Source: Antedon mediterranea (taxonomy: Eukaryota; Animalia; Echinodermata). Taken from it: a DNA stretch of 64,000 bases. Numbering within the stretch: the first letter of the stretch is position 1; each line of letters begins with the position of its first letter. The translations under genes were made by a program, and so were the position numbers. The notes beneath the pieces are model-generated. The model had not been told where the DNA came from, did no database searches, and saw only the letters and a list, made by a program, of their open reading frames with translations. Of the stretch, positions 1 through 13,364 are shown piece after piece. Location: the NCBI RefSeq assembly GCF_964355755.1, contig NC_092673.1, forward strand, positions 12,620,948 to 12,684,947. The letters are read 5' to 3'.

Positions 1-1017
1 ATTTGTTAATAATGTACAAAAAATGAAATGAAAAATCATATTAATTATCGGTATGTACGGAGGAAGCTCGAACAAGACGAAGCGCAAAACAAATAAAAGC
101 GCAGCGCGAAACATCTGAAATGATATACAATTTCTCAAAACATAAAAACACAGAATATATTATATTAATATAACTTTTTAATATTTCCAAAGGCTCGGAC
201 AAGGAAGAAGGGCCTTAAAAAACTGAATTGCTATATGTTAGACCACATTTCCATAACTTTTCAAAACTCATCGAATCCTCTGCTAGTAGGCCTAATTAAT
301 ATAGGGGCGTAACGCCAAATCATTAGAGAAAAAAAAACATGGCATGAAGATGTAATTAATCAAACAACGGCCAAAGAATACCAACAATTTTAATTTAGGT
401 TTCGATTCGTAATTACTAATGTGGTGGACTAAGCCTAGTTTGAAACTATAGTGACCATTTATTTTAGAAAGAAAGATAGACAAATTTGTTTCCATCTCCA
501 TGTTATTGTTAATACCAAGGCACTTTTCAATTAAAAATTCTGGCCTAGTATTCTTGCAAGGTCGTCACAGCTCCAGTTACAAAGGGCCCGTTCGGACGGG
601 GCTGAAACTACCGTGTACTTCCAACTGTGAGGTCGCGTGTAGCAATTAACTTACGCCTCTGGCTATAAAAAATTAGAAAACCATCTGGACGAAAAATCCA
701 CCAACTTTACTGGTTATTTCAATCCCATTCCAATTACACGCTGCCTCGGGGTATAATTAATCAAGCGTTAACGGGGTCATGTCAAATCGCGACCTCAAAT
801 AAGCTTTCTGATTGTTTAGCAATTATTGTTTAAAATGTTCTTTTTCGTTAATGCGAATGTATATCTATTGTTTTGTAAAATCATATATAAATAATCAACT
901 CGTTGGTTTTTTCCGGTGACCTGAACTTGCGAATCGGTGGCTTATAATGTACATGTATTGTAACGGCAGGGAGTTCTGTATTGTGGTAGCCTGGTGTCTG
1001 TGAATTACCACATCAAC

Positions 1018-1370
1018 CGTTCGGCTCGCACGATAAGAGGGGTACAGTGCGTGTTAAATGGAATTTTTACAACAATAGTTCGGCTCGCACGATGAATACA
1101 CTTGGTGATTTTTACAAGAGGGGTACAGTGCGTGTACATTAAATGGAATTTTCACAACAATAGTTCGGCGGCTCGCACGATAAATACACGTGGTGATTTT
1201 TACAAGAGGGGTACAGTGCGTGTACATTAAATGGAATTTTCACAACAATAGTTCGGCTCGCGCGATAAATACACGTGGTGATTTTTACAAGAGGAGTACA
1301 GTGCGTGTACAGTACATTAAATGGAATTTCCACAACAATAGTTCGGCTCGCACGATAAATACACGTGGTC
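1018..1370. repeat. Tandem repeat, ~85-bp unit, ~4 copies
   Basis: Recurrent GGCTCGCACGATAAATACACGTGGTGATTTTTACAAGAGGGGTACAGTGCGTGTACATTAAATGGAATTTTCACAACAATAGTTC; the first copy is internally deleted. Explains the repetitive ORFs 1139..1405 and 1190..1423. Confidence 0.9.
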
Positions 1371-2098
1371 AACAAACAACATACGTTATCAGGATTTTCG
1401 ATCATTATTTATTTAAAAAGTAAATTGTATTCGATGTATTATAAATATATAGGTCTGGTTGTCGATTGAAAAATAATAATTGAAGGATTCGCGCGCGAAA
1501 CGACATGCAATATCCAGTTGAATTTGTCAACACGCCATGTCAATTGATATGGGTCGACGCACAGAGGGCGCTTTTTGACCTAAGAATTCCGATCTTAATT
1601 GGTTTCGTGTCAGCTTACCGGTACTTTGTTTATTCGTACGAACGTCGTATGGGTTTTACCCCAAGGGTAAAAACCAAATAAACGTGTATTTCAATCGCCG
1701 TACGAACACGGTCAATGGTACAGATGATGTTGATTTTCTTGGAGTAACATGATCTGCCAAGAAGGATAGGCTAGTAAAAAAGGGCCATCTTGATGAGTAG
1801 CAATTTAACAACCCACTCCCACTAGTCTTGCTTTCTTTCTCTTTTCTTTTTTCACACCGATAATATGTCCGCAGTGCGTTGATTTTGTTTTTTACTTCAG
1901 TTTCTGTGAATAAAAAAATGTAAGAAATGTGGTAAATATGATGTTATAGTAGGTCTCATTTATTTATATATTAGCCTAATTATTAATCATTAATATTCAC
2001 ATTCATATATTTTCCTTCATACAGTACATACATACTACTAATTAAACGTTTAATAAACAGGGAATAAACATATGGTCTAACCTAGATAATAAAGTTAA

Positions 2099-2724
2099 AG
2101 CCCCATTCCCTACGTTTTTTAGATCTAATTTAAGATCACAAACTATATTTAATGTAAAAATAATACTATATGGTCCTATTGCGATAACTGTTTTCGTCTT
2201 TAAACGGTTAAAAATGTGAAAAATAAATCGATTTTAATAATTATAGCGGCCCGCTATAAATCCCAAAATGCATTGCGCGCGGATTGATATTTTTGTTTTT
2301 CACCTGTAATTCGCCCACTTTTCGATCGATCGTGAAGCCAAAACAAATGGAAGACTCCTAACTTTTCAGCGAAAATACCGGGTGTTCCCCAATTTGTATC
2401 AACGGAGTCTGGCAAAAATAGAAAGACAATTAATGCAGCAACAATACAACGTCAGGCTAGGTATATAGCTAGCGTACGATGTTCGTACGTTACCGATGTT
2501 TACCAGCTAGGCCTACAAAACTAAGCCTAGCTAGGCTAGGCCTGAGACCGTCCACGATAGTTCGATCGCCGCGAGCTACTTAGGTAGTGCATTGTTTCTC
2601 ACTTTTTATCATAATTTACCATAAAACGTACATTTAAGACAAGGAATGACATGGTTTAATGTTTTTAAAGTGATATATATGTATTATTTTCCAAAAAACG
2701 TCCAAAATTGCAGGGAAGGGGTCT
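2099..2724. mobile_element. Non-autonomous TIR element with TTAA TSD (Kolobok-like)
   Basis: ttaa|AGCCCCATTCCCTAC ... GCAGGGAAGGGGTCT|ttaa: imperfect 15-bp TIRs, TTAA on both sides, AG..CT termini (Kolobok pattern rather than piggyBac CCY). Related fragments at ~30874-30965, ~41100-41400 and ~46470-46640 (reverse). Confidence 0.75.
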
Positions 2725-2759
2725 TTAATTAAAACATAGGCCCTAAGTCCTTACATGCT

Positions 2760-3360
2760 AATAATACATGCTAATAATAATTAATAGGCCCATAGTATAT
2801 ACTAACTAGTAACTAGGCTACTTTCTTAGGCCTAAAAAAGAGGCCTACTCTAGCCTAGTCTAGTAGTTATTAGAGTGAGTAGTAGTTTAGAAGTAGGAGT
2901 AGTAGTTCTTATAATAATTAAATTAGGCCTAGCCTAGTATAATAAATAGCTATAAATATTATTCACTCGTATAATCATTCCTAGGCCTACCCTATCTAGC
3001 TAGGCCTAGGCTAGCCCTAGTAGACCCTAAGCCTACAGTACTATAGCCTAGTCTAGGCCCTACCGCCGTATTTCCCCTTGTTAAAGAGAGTATCTAACGC
3101 GGGGAATACTATCTCTGTAAGTAGAGCCTAGCCTACTAATACTAGGCCTAGCCTAGTTGGATTCATGGTGAAAAAAAAATTCACTCTAGGCCTAGCCTAG
3201 GCCTATTTCTCCTGATCAGATTAGGCTAGGCCTAGTTGGCGAATGGTCCTGGAGGAATTATTTTAAAATATTTTGAAATAATTCCTCCATGCATGGTACA
3301 GTAATACAGTAGGCTAGGCCTAGGCTAGAGAGTATATAGATAGGCCTAGCTAGTATTCCG
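2760..3360. repeat. TAGGCCTA/CTAG-rich low-complexity tract
   Basis: Dense TAGGCCTA, AGCCTAG and CTAGTAG motifs; similar tracts at ~11170-11270, ~29070-29250, ~31550-31740 and ~56550-56700. Confidence 0.8.
3248..3291. mobile_element. 44-bp palindromic micro-MITE candidate
   Basis: CCTGGAGGAATTATTTTAAAATATTTTGAAATAATTCCTCCATG is almost its own reverse complement; flanks aatggt / catggt. Confidence 0.45.
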
Positions 3361-3598
3361 CGTGTGGTGTAGCTTGCGAGAGGAGGCAATGCGATGCTTT
3401 ACCACCGCCGGAAGAATAAATTGATATGCAAGGTCGCAGGTCGAACGTCAAGGGTGGCTGACCTATTTATGGGTCGTCGCGGGGCGGAGCGTACTCTTAG
3501 GGACGTACGTGTACTTAGTTACGTACGTAATGTATCGAGAGCTAGGGGCTAAGCCTACTATGCGCTATCTGTATATGACTAAATAAAATAGTGTTTAC

Positions 3599-3761
3599 CA
3601 GGCATTTCCAGATCAAATTGTTTTCCAATTTGTTAGACAGCTTGCTGTCGTTTGACCCTATCATGGTAGGCCCTGCATTTGGTATTCCACAAACAGGGGA
3701 ACCAAATAGCAAGGAAATAAACTTTTCATTTTCTTCGGTTGAAAATCGTCGCGAAGACATT
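3599..3761 (-). pseudogene. MADF/Myb-SANT DNA-binding exon (Harbinger ORF2-like), frameshifted
   Basis: MSSRRFSTEENEKFISLL-(frameshift)-FPCLWNTKCRAYHDRVKRQQAV*QIGKQFDLEM, followed by a GT donor; PCLW...Y.DR is the MADF signature. Confidence 0.6.
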
Positions 3762-4358
3762 TTTTCAAGAAACAAAAATACGGAGAGAGCGAGCTCGATT
3801 TAATAAATTTGATCAAAAAAATAACACACTGTGATTGGTCAATATAAAAATTTGACAACTTTTTGATAGACTACATTTTTTTTATACAATTTGATGATGT
3901 GTGATATGATGTCATCATATCCATATATGGGGGACATCAAATTTTTTGTCACATAAAGTTTGATGATGTAGACAGAGCTTAAGCCTATTGTTACAAAGTA
4001 GCATACCATAATAATTCCTATTTTAATGACAATTTCTTTCATGTCAACAAATACTTGTAAGTTTACATAATACAATTGTTCATAGATTACATCGTTTAGT
4101 CGCATTGGAATAGGATTTAAGTTATTAGTATTATTTAAATTGCTCTTCTAATATATTTCTTCATGTTTATAATATTATTGTATTGATCTAATTCAAGCCA
4201 AGCAAACAGATAACTTATTTAAATTGTACTGTAACGCAAATTGAATTCCATATCATTAATTATGTCCAATTATTACTATAAATTAAAATCATAATCTAGA
4301 ATTACAGTAATAAAAATGTTTTGGTTTATTTCTTTCAATCAAAAAAGTTTTAAACATA

Positions 4359-7300
4359 CCTTTGAAGTTCTTTAGTTCTTTGTAAAAAGCTCGCGGACCT
4401 CTTGTGATGCAATCTGTAGGTCATATTTGTTCCATTCTTGCATCCAACTTTTCGACATATCAATGTAGTAGGGCTGGTTTTTTTCATTCAACTACAGGTT
4501 GACTAGGGCTTTCACTACTCCAATGCAGACACCATGCAAATAATCAATTACAGTACTATGTCTGTGGCTACATTCACATCTTTTAGCATTGACATCATAG
4601 ACAATCCTTTTACCCCATTGACCTATAAAATAGTGACAACATAACAGGATTTACTAAATTGTATATTTTAGAGATATTTTTTACAAGCCATTTTGTTAAA
4701 TATATATACCTATTGCAAAAAAAAAAAAATCAAATAAATTATACAAGTGATTTACTCCACAGACATTGGGTTTATCACTGCTTAAACTATTAATAGGTTC
4801 CCCCCCCCCCCCCCACCCTGAAAGATTAGACTGAATACTGCCATAGGGTAGTAAGTTCATAGAAAGGGACATTTTCATTAGTGGTAATTAGTATTTTAAA
4901 GTTTTTGTGCTAATATATTGTTTTACACTCACAGCAATTCCTTTCTCTAATGCTTCTTTCGCATAGTTTTCCATCCGTTCTTTTGTTCTGAGTTGTATTT
5001 CCTTACCACCACGGGTTGACAGCAGTAGTCCCTTTTTTACGTTTTGCCCTTTTATTATTCGTTTCGCACTGTCCACATCCAAATTGACCATTAAATTGGG
5101 TCATATCTTTCACAAGACACATGGCTAAAAGGTCCATCGTAGCAGCAAGCAATTTAACTTTTACTTTGCAGTCCCGTACTTGTATACCTGAAATTTAAGT
5201 ATTTCATACACTTTTAATATTTAACAAAAAAAATATGAAATGCTGTATTGTAGGCCAACTTACCAGTGTAATGAGGCAATTAAATTATAGTCTGAACAAT
5301 TTCTGATTTGTGTAGATAATTTGTTCATAGACTTAAGAATAACCCTTCATAATGAAGTTGAATCAAACAATTTCTGATTTGTGTAGATAATTTGTTCATA
5401 GACTTAAGAATAACCCTTCATAATGAAGTTGAATCGACATTTATTTTAACCATTATTTTTCTATTTATTACTTACAGTTAATGTATCCTCAATTGCAAGT
5501 TTTTAAAACAATATTTACCAAATACGTAATTGGGTTGTTATTGTATTGTTATTTTACACTTATAATATATAATAGTGAAGTAACTGAATACAGTAATTTA
5601 AACATAACTTCTACTACCAACTTCATTGGTGTTAGTAACAATAGGAACATATGCTTTTTTATAGCATCAAAAATTAAAATACAAAAAGGCAAGTTACCAT
5701 TGATATAGAGGTTGTTGATGCTTTTTATCAGTGTTGGCATGGACGGCTTGGAGTCTCCACACCATACCCCAAAAAGGATGACTCTGTCTTTCCGGTACCT
5801 GAAAACAATATAAATAGGGCAATTTTATGGTAAAAATGATGTTATGACTGATTTTAATACATATACCATGGGTTCTGTTAATACTATTTTAAAATAAGCA
5901 TTCACAAACAATTAGCATGTAATAACTAATTGTAGAGTGTCATAACCAAAAGAAATTAATATGGCTTGTCTTCGTGAATCAAAACCAGTATTTTTTTAAC
6001 ATTTATGATTCAAAATGTCTTACTCTGATTTAAAGTCTTCAAAATATATAATTTCAGCCTTTATTTGACACCTAAATTATGAACATAGATAGAATAAATA
6101 TGAAAAAGTCAGTATAGAATTATTGCCAATAAAGTTCATAGTTAAATTCTTTTTTTTTAAAATTATAATTGAGCATTGTTTCCATATATTATCAGAATTA
6201 AAGGCTTAGGACAATTTCGGCCGAAATTTGACTTCAAATTAAACTTTTTATTTGAAATAGTTATACTGTAATACCAGTGTATATGATAATAAATAATATG
6301 TTATTATACACTATACATCATTTATTCTACACGCTTTGTCGCCTAGGCTTAGGCTAGTACTGTAGTGTAGTTATTCCCTTTTAATTACCAACCATTCATC
6401 ATGACTTAAAATTAAACTTATTAGGCCTAGGAAAGAATTAGTACAAGTTATAAACGTAGTAATTGTATTCACTAAAAATTAATTTTATAATCCAGTATAC
6501 ATTATCATAGGCCCATAACATTATCATATAAAATGATCTAATTTAATTTTAGCATGTTTACACTGATATTTCCATAAATATCAATTTTGAATAATTGTAA
6601 ATTTGTTCTCAAAAAATTTCATCTGGTTTCAAATGGATATTTAAAAAATAAATGTTAACTTTTTGGTTAAACCAGTTGACAAGTAAATAAATTTGTTGAT
6701 ATTGATATAGCATTTTGCTTATAAACGTACCTCATTTTTGGAGGGAGTTTGTTAATAACTGCCTGAAGCGGCCAAATCGACATTGATGAGCTTTTAGACA
6801 CTTTAACGCCATCAAAGTGCCATGTACATGTTAACAGATCCGTTTTATTTTCAATAGCCTTATACAGTGAACCATCATAGACATCCCTAATGCTCGACCC
6901 ATCAGAGATTTTGGGAGTGTCAATTCTGTTTACAAAGTCAGGATCAGTGAATGAATTTTACAACAAAATGTTAAAAGCATTGATCAATAGTGTTCAATTT
7001 GTTACAAAACTAGGTCTAGGTGCGAAGCGGCCGCTTTGGTTGTAATATTATACAGGATGTTAGCTATGTTGTACTTAGGTGCTAGATTATAGTATGCAAT
7101 CCAGAATAGTATGACCATGGTTTGGATTACATGGTACTGTATGACCGAAGTGATCGGCTTCCTTAGGTCTCAAGTTTTTTAAGAAAATAGGCCTAACATT
7201 ACTTTATTTAAAACGCTTACCTCAAAACATCTCTTCAAGTTGGCTTTTTACATCTAGTGTAATAAAGTATGAGTCTTCTTTAGCAGCTTTATTTTAAACA

Positions 7301-7480
7301 TTTCGATATTCTTTGCTCATTTTCACTCAAAAGTCCCAGACAATACTGTAAAAACACGCCTAAAAGTATAAAAATAACGTCCGAAACATGCAAAATTGTA
7401 AATGATTGAATGTGCTGGATATACAACCTTTTTATAACTCCATGCTTTGGCTTCCGCTATTTCTTCCGCTGTGAAAGTAA
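4359..7480 (-). pseudogene. Intron-containing EnSpm/CACTA (Transposase_21-type) transposase relic
   Basis: Exons read EDSYFITLDVKSQLEEMF (~7220-7280), DVYDGSLY...TWHFDGVKVSKSSSMSIWPLQAVINKLPPKMR (6730-6950), RVILFGVWCGDSKPSM (5690-5800), MDLLAMCLVKDMTQFNGQFGCGQC (~5050-5190) and GVKG...PTDCITRGPR...NFK (4360-4625). GT/AG boundaries present; stops and frameshifts throughout. Confidence 0.8.
5296..5435. repeat. Tandem duplication, ~71 bp x2 (intronic)
   Basis: AACAATTTCTGATTTGTGTAGATAATTTGTTCATAGACTTAAGAATAACCCTTCATAATGAAGTTGAATC occurs twice back to back. Confidence 0.9.
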
Positions 7481-8057
7481 CAGCGGTGTGTAAAACAATC
7501 GTGGCACCTTAGATGTACCGCCGGTACCAATCAATCCTTTATATTATATAACTTCTCTATCAGCCACAACTTAATACATTTTTACAATGCTTAGGCATTA
7601 AGTGTAAGAAAAAAAATAAATAAATAACGTACTATAGAACAAATTAGTAATAATATGATATTTTGTAATCATGTATTCATGTGTATGATGTTATAAAGAT
7701 GGATTTAAGAAGTACTGTTTATATTTATTTTTATCACAATTTATACATTGTTATTATATGCAACTGAAATGAAATAAAGGTGGGACAAACCCACAAAAGA
7801 GAAAAAAAAATGCTTAGGTCTACCGTATTTGACTGTGCAGAAAAAAATGTTTTGCTGTCGCAATCAATAATTAAGTTTTAAAAATAGTTAGTATAATTAA
7901 ACTAGGCCTACATGATAAATATTATTAAATACAATTTAATTTTTAGATTAAAAAGTATATTTAGAGCAATGCATAATCGTGTAGGAATGTACAAACTACA
8001 GTGTAAATAATAATGATAATAATAATAATACATAAAATAAAAATAACGCATACAAAA

Positions 8058-8097
8058 GAACGACGTTTCGACTCCATCTTGGGGTCATTATCAAGTC
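8058..8097 (-). ncRNA. Degenerate minimal hammerhead ribozyme motif (Penelope-like LTR remnant)
   Basis: Minus strand GAC-TTGATAA-T-GACCCC-AAGAT-GGAGTC-GAAACGTC-GTTC: variant CUGANGA core, stem II, GAAAC-GUC. Confidence 0.5.
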
Positions 8098-8949
8098 CAA
8101 TGATAAAAATAATAGAAGCAACTAATTTGTGCTATATAAACACGTATAAGACAAAGCATACTGTAAACATTAGTGTCATTATATTTCTCTAGATTAGGTA
8201 GACTTTGTTTAATGTGTAGACTTCTTTGATTATATTTGGAACGTAAACTATAGTTATACCATCCATTATAGGAGCATGGCATTTTAACTTTCTTTTACCC
8301 ATTTAGGTACCCATTTTCACCTTGTCCTAATGTGTTTCTGCATTAGTTTTTGAATTATATTTTTTTTACAATTATTTTTCTACCGTACAGATCAATATTA
8401 ATGACAATTTACAAAATAACGTTTGGTAAAGTAAATTTGCAAAATAAACAAATTAAAATTAATAAATTAACACTTACAAAAAGATTCCTATGTTTTCCCC
8501 AACGATTAAAGAAAAAACTGCAGTTTAATTTCGAACGCGATCACACAAAACGTACCGCGCACACACACCACAAGCACCAGAGGTTGCCTTTCAGTTTAGC
8601 TCCTCCTGCTTATAAGATCAATTATTATTGTACCTTCGAATGCCTTCCCAACGCTGTCCTCAATAAATCTGGCTAGATCCAGACTGCTTATCACGTCAGA
8701 CAATGCCTTGGAATGTCTTGTTTCCTTGCCTGTGTTAGTGGCGGGAGCTTCCTTTTTGTTAGTAGCCACGAGGCTAGATCGAATAGGCACAATGTTGAGG
8801 CTAAAAAAACAGTAGTAAAGTACCTTAAATTCTCCAAAACTTGTATGTATCAGTATAATATGTTACTTAGCGATCCGATAAGCGGTAAGAGTCAAATTAT
8901 AACATCGGAAGCCTCAAACTTAAAATGATAGCTTAGCGGAGCTTGATGA

Positions 8950-10330
8950 AAAACAAGTCTAGTGCCATTGACTTGGAGATGTTGATTTAGTGATCCGGTT
9001 GATTCTATTTGCCACATAAACATAAAAGCGTCTTGTCTTTTTTTGTGTTTATGTAGCCAAGCACTACGCGGCAGTCTGTATAAAACGTCACCGCATCAAA
9101 GTGGATATCCATTTCGTCTTTTATAAGTTCAAAAATCTCAGCCGCTAACACGGCAGCGCATAATTCCAGTCTTGGAACTGTGTGAGCTGGTTTGGGAGCT
9201 ACCTTGCTCTTGGATATTACAAAACCAGTATGAGGTCCATCTTTGTTAGTCACCGTAAGGTATACGACAGCTCCAATGGCTTGCGTAGATGCGTCCGAGA
9301 ATATGGTCAGCTCCTTTTTAGCGCTTGATAAAATAAACGTGTTTACGTATCGTCTTGATACCTTTAGCTTCTCTAATCGCTCAAGTGACGTCCTCCAACT
9401 ACACTTTCCTCTGTTATCTAAGTCTAGGGGTGCATCCCAATCTGTGCTACCTTTGCTTAGTTCTCTAACAAGCAGCTTTCCTTGTAAAGTGACAGGTGAG
9501 ACAAGTCCCAGTGGATCGAATATGCTATTAACTATGGATAACATGCCTCTTCTTGTGTACTCACTTGGTTCGCGAGATATCTTGAAGGTAAAGTAGTCAT
9601 TTCTTACGTCCCATAGCACGCCTAGACTTCCTTGAATTGGTACTTTGTCTGTGTCGACGTTGAATTGGTACTTTGTCTGTGTCGACGTTAAATGTTTGCA
9701 AGTCCTAGCCTTGTCTACGTTGTCGAAAGCGTCCATCACCTTTTGGCTGTTTGAGGCAATTTTGTGTAGCTTCAAGTTTGATTCCGCAAGCATGGATCTC
9801 GTTCTGGTCAACAAGTCATCCTTTAGTCAATAACTTCATTGTTCATGTCGTTGTCTTTGAACCACTTAAAACGGAGGTAGTCACAATGGTCTTCTCTCAC
9901 GTAGAAGCAGTAAAACATCTGTTGAACGTCTGCGATTACAGCAATACTCTCTTTCCTGAATCTTAATAGGACTCCTAATAAAGTGTTGTTCAGGTCAGGA
10001 CCACTTAGCAACACCTTGTTTAATGAAACTCCGCCAAAGTCTGCACTTGAATAAAAAACAACTCTTATTTTGTCTGGTTTTTGTGGATGATAGACACCAA
10101 ACATCGGCAGATACCAACGTTCCTTCTCTGGTGAAATAGGCGGGGCTGGCTCAGCATGTCCATGATCTAACATCTTCTGCACAAACTCAACAAACTGGCT
10201 CTTTTGTGAAGGCTTCTTGTTTAGCGTCTCGCAAAGTAAATGCAATCTTCTTCTGGCTAGGGCTTCATTGTTATGAAGCGGTTGTCGGGACGGCTTGAAA
10301 GGCAATGGCGCCACCAAACTTCCATACAAA
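8950..10330 (-). mobile_element. BEL/Pao LTR retrotransposon pol fragment (RT and RNase H/Peptidase_A17 region), internally deleted
   Basis: WYLPMFGVYHPQKPDKIRVVF, GPDLNNTLLGVLLRFR, ADVQQMF (ORF 9823..10329); TRRGMLSIVNSIFDPLG, IFSDAS, TVPRLELCAAVL, FYTDCRVVLGYI (ORF 9005..9814). Confidence 0.92.
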
Positions 10331-11756
10331 GGGACACCGCCAGGGTAGTGCGTAACTGTACACGCTTTGGCCCTTGTAACTTGATACAGTCTAGATATCG
10401 ACGCTTGGACCGCAATGAAAATAAGTTCGGATCGTTCACCTTTGTTCCCGGCCTCAAATCCCTCCCCCGCTCATTGCGCACGCGCCTATTCCTCTAACTA
10501 GGCCTAGTACCAGATAGAGAGTACTACTACTCTAGACTATTCATATCAGTTATCCGTGGTTATCTAATTTTATAGCAAAAATATCGCAGTATAGCATAAA
10601 TACAATATTATACAGTAATAGTAGGTTAAATGATGTTACACCTTCTGCAGCAAGCAAATCAAACTTGTTACAGCACGTGTGCTTGGTTTTGTCTAGACAA
10701 ATATTAAACGTGTCTGTTGAGCTATCGTATTTCGGCAATAAAACAGACTGACAGAAAAAGTTACACAGTTTCTAATCTAAAAACTTTTTTTTTTACTTTT
10801 TCATTTACAATTTTTTTTTTCGTGTTGATGACCGGGAGGGGGGTGGGGGGCACGGGCCTGACTTGTATATAATCCATGAAAACAAAACATTTCATTTCAA
10901 TTACAATGTCTTTTAAATGAAGACAACAGCATTATTTAGTCTTTCAATAATAATTCATTAAATATATTTTGTTAGTCTGTTTTGATATACTGAAATAAAA
11001 TTATGCATGATGAGTTCAAATTTGTCTTTAATTGTAAAATCGTCAATCTGTTTGTAGAACTGACAGATAGACAAAATATCTTTATCAAGTATTCATTACT
11101 GGCGGTAGCCCCCCTGCAGGAAGCATCACTAGCCACATAACAAAATGGCAGTTGTCGAGCTGAAACTAATGCTAGGCCTACATCTACTAGAGATGCTCTA
11201 TTTAGTCTTACTACCTAGCTAGGAGAGGCCTAGCAGCACCCTAGCTAAAGTAGTAGTAGTAGTAGTAGTACAGTATGCAGTAACAAATTTCCAATATTAT
11301 TATTATATAATAACCGATAATCCGTGGTAGGCTCGAGTACTCGAGGTACTACAGCATACAGGCCAACTATCTGGGGCATATGACCGTTTCGGCCACAACA
11401 GATTTCTATGGCGCGCCATTCACGCATATATTAGACCGTGCTATTGTTTTTGCTATTAGTTATCGCATCTCATGCTTTGTTGTATAGTATCTTTTATGAC
11501 TATTTATTACTACCATTACAGTGTTATCATTCTCAACGTTATTCCACTACAATTTGCATTTATTAGATTTGTTGTTTCCATTCCAGTTTAGTTGTATCTT
11601 GGAGTCTTGGCGAAAAACAAATTCAACTGTCAGTGACACAGTTAAATACTCTCTTAGTACAGACGTATTAATAGTTTGGCTATGAAAAAAGAAATGCTAA
11701 GAAAAAAAAAGAAATTTAATTAAAACGTTATTCCTTCCATTGCTTAGGTGACCTAA

Positions 11757-11991
11757 AGCCTGGTTTCCATTAAAATCGCTACAGCGTTTCCATTAAAATC
11801 GCTACACGCGCAGATGTCGCAGTCAAATCGGCAAAGTTCAACCATGTTCAACTTTGCCGATTTTGTCGGCGATGAATCGTATACGCATACCAAAGAATAT
11901 TTAGTGCTCGCGTACTAGATCCCCGATAAATTCTAGCTTTTCCATAGAATTGCTACGCTCTGTCGTGTAGCGATTTTATGGAAACCAGGCT
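11757..11991. mobile_element. PIF/Harbinger-type MITE (235 bp)
   Basis: taa|AGCCTGGTTTCCATTAAAATCGCTAC ... GTAGCGATTTTATGGAAACCAGGCT|taa; TAA TSD; central hairpin AATCGGCAAAGTT...AACTTTGCCGATT. Confidence 0.88.
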
Positions 11992-12959
11992 TAAAGAACA
12001 AAGAGGAATATCAGGAACTCGCACATCAATACAAGCAGAATCAAGAAGAAAATTAGTGATAAAAAAAAATAAATTTAATAAAACTTTGTCGTCTTCATTT
12101 GATTGGTTTTTAATACAACACAGGAGTAATTAAATGTTTTATCATCGAAAAAACAATTGAAGTATATAATTATTAATTCTTAATAATTACATACTTCAAT
12201 TGTTTTTTCCGATAAAATAAATCGTATTCTTAACCACTGTGTTCTTCCGCTTCTTATTCCTTCAAAGTTATATTTATTGTACACAATAAAATTAGTATAT
12301 ATCCCTACGTACTTCAATTCGTTTTATATTTATAGAAAAATGTACATACAATTAGTATCACTTAGACCTCATTCAATTCATTTTTTTTTGTAAAAACTAT
12401 ACATTTTAATTTCAACCGTATTGTATTTTTTGTACTCTGAAATATCGGTATCTACGTAATTCTTCGTTTCTTATCTCATCATGCCACCTAGCTACAAAAT
12501 ATGTGTTCGTATTTTATTTTCATTATTAATTAATTAATTAATTGCCAAGTTTGTCTGTGTCCGTGTTTTCCTGTGTAAAAACAAAAAACAAAAGTAAAAC
12601 GCAATGAAATCGATAATCCTGTATTACATTGTCGTGTCTCATTGTTCCCCTATCAATGGCACTATGGGCGTTCCATAGATATGGTAGTAATATTGTCTGT
12701 GGCCGAAGTTGGCCTAATCCCTATCTAGGGCCTAGAGCTGGGTACAGTATATAACAAAAACGCCTCGTAATTCAATCCAAATTAAAATAAAATATGTTAA
12801 GATTTGCCCATATAACATTAAAATTGTTAAGGGTGTGTTTTAAACGTTCTTTTCTACCTACCTTTTTAACTCAACCCATCGGAATTTCTCATTCAAAAAC
12901 ATGTGGCGAAATGGTTTGTTTACAATCTATACCCACTCGGTGAAATTTGAGTGACGTCA

Positions 12960-13364
12960 TCGCGGTTCGCCATTTCTCTCTATTAATGGTGAGTCTACCA
13001 CCAACAGCAAATCCTCATCACTCTCACTTCGCTTTAAAAAGGTTGCTTCGGAAAGACCCACACTAATATCACATTTAGCCTCTGCAGTTGCTTGACTGCT
13101 CGAAGCTTCTTCAGCAAATTTACGTTTTTTGGATTCGACTGTTTTAAGTCAAAGCTGCCTCTTTAGGCTCTCGATTTCGACCGCTTGCGATTTAATTCTT
13201 GAAGCACAGTCTGCCAAAGTCTGCTCTATCACTCTCCCTGTCCTCTCTGCTGTATTCCTTAACTTCCTGTCGGAAATTTTGACTTGGAAACAGTCGAAAT
13301 AGAGCGATGCCGTTACAGATGCAGCTTCTATTTGTTTTAGCAGATCCTCGTTCATTTTGATCAA
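12960..13364 (-). pseudogene. Unidentified coiled-coil-like ORF interrupted by one stop
   Basis: ORF 13149..13364 continues in frame past TGA (LKTVESKKRKFAEEASSSQ...), including a basic KKRK motif; no family recognised. Confidence 0.3.

Noticed and set aside
1018-1423. CRISPR-like array or repeat protein
   Set aside because: Whole ~85-bp units are repeated with no variable spacers; eukaryotic context.
9632-9690. 28-bp duplication within the BEL/Pao RT
   Set aside because: Local slippage in a dead, internally deleted copy; no functional implication.
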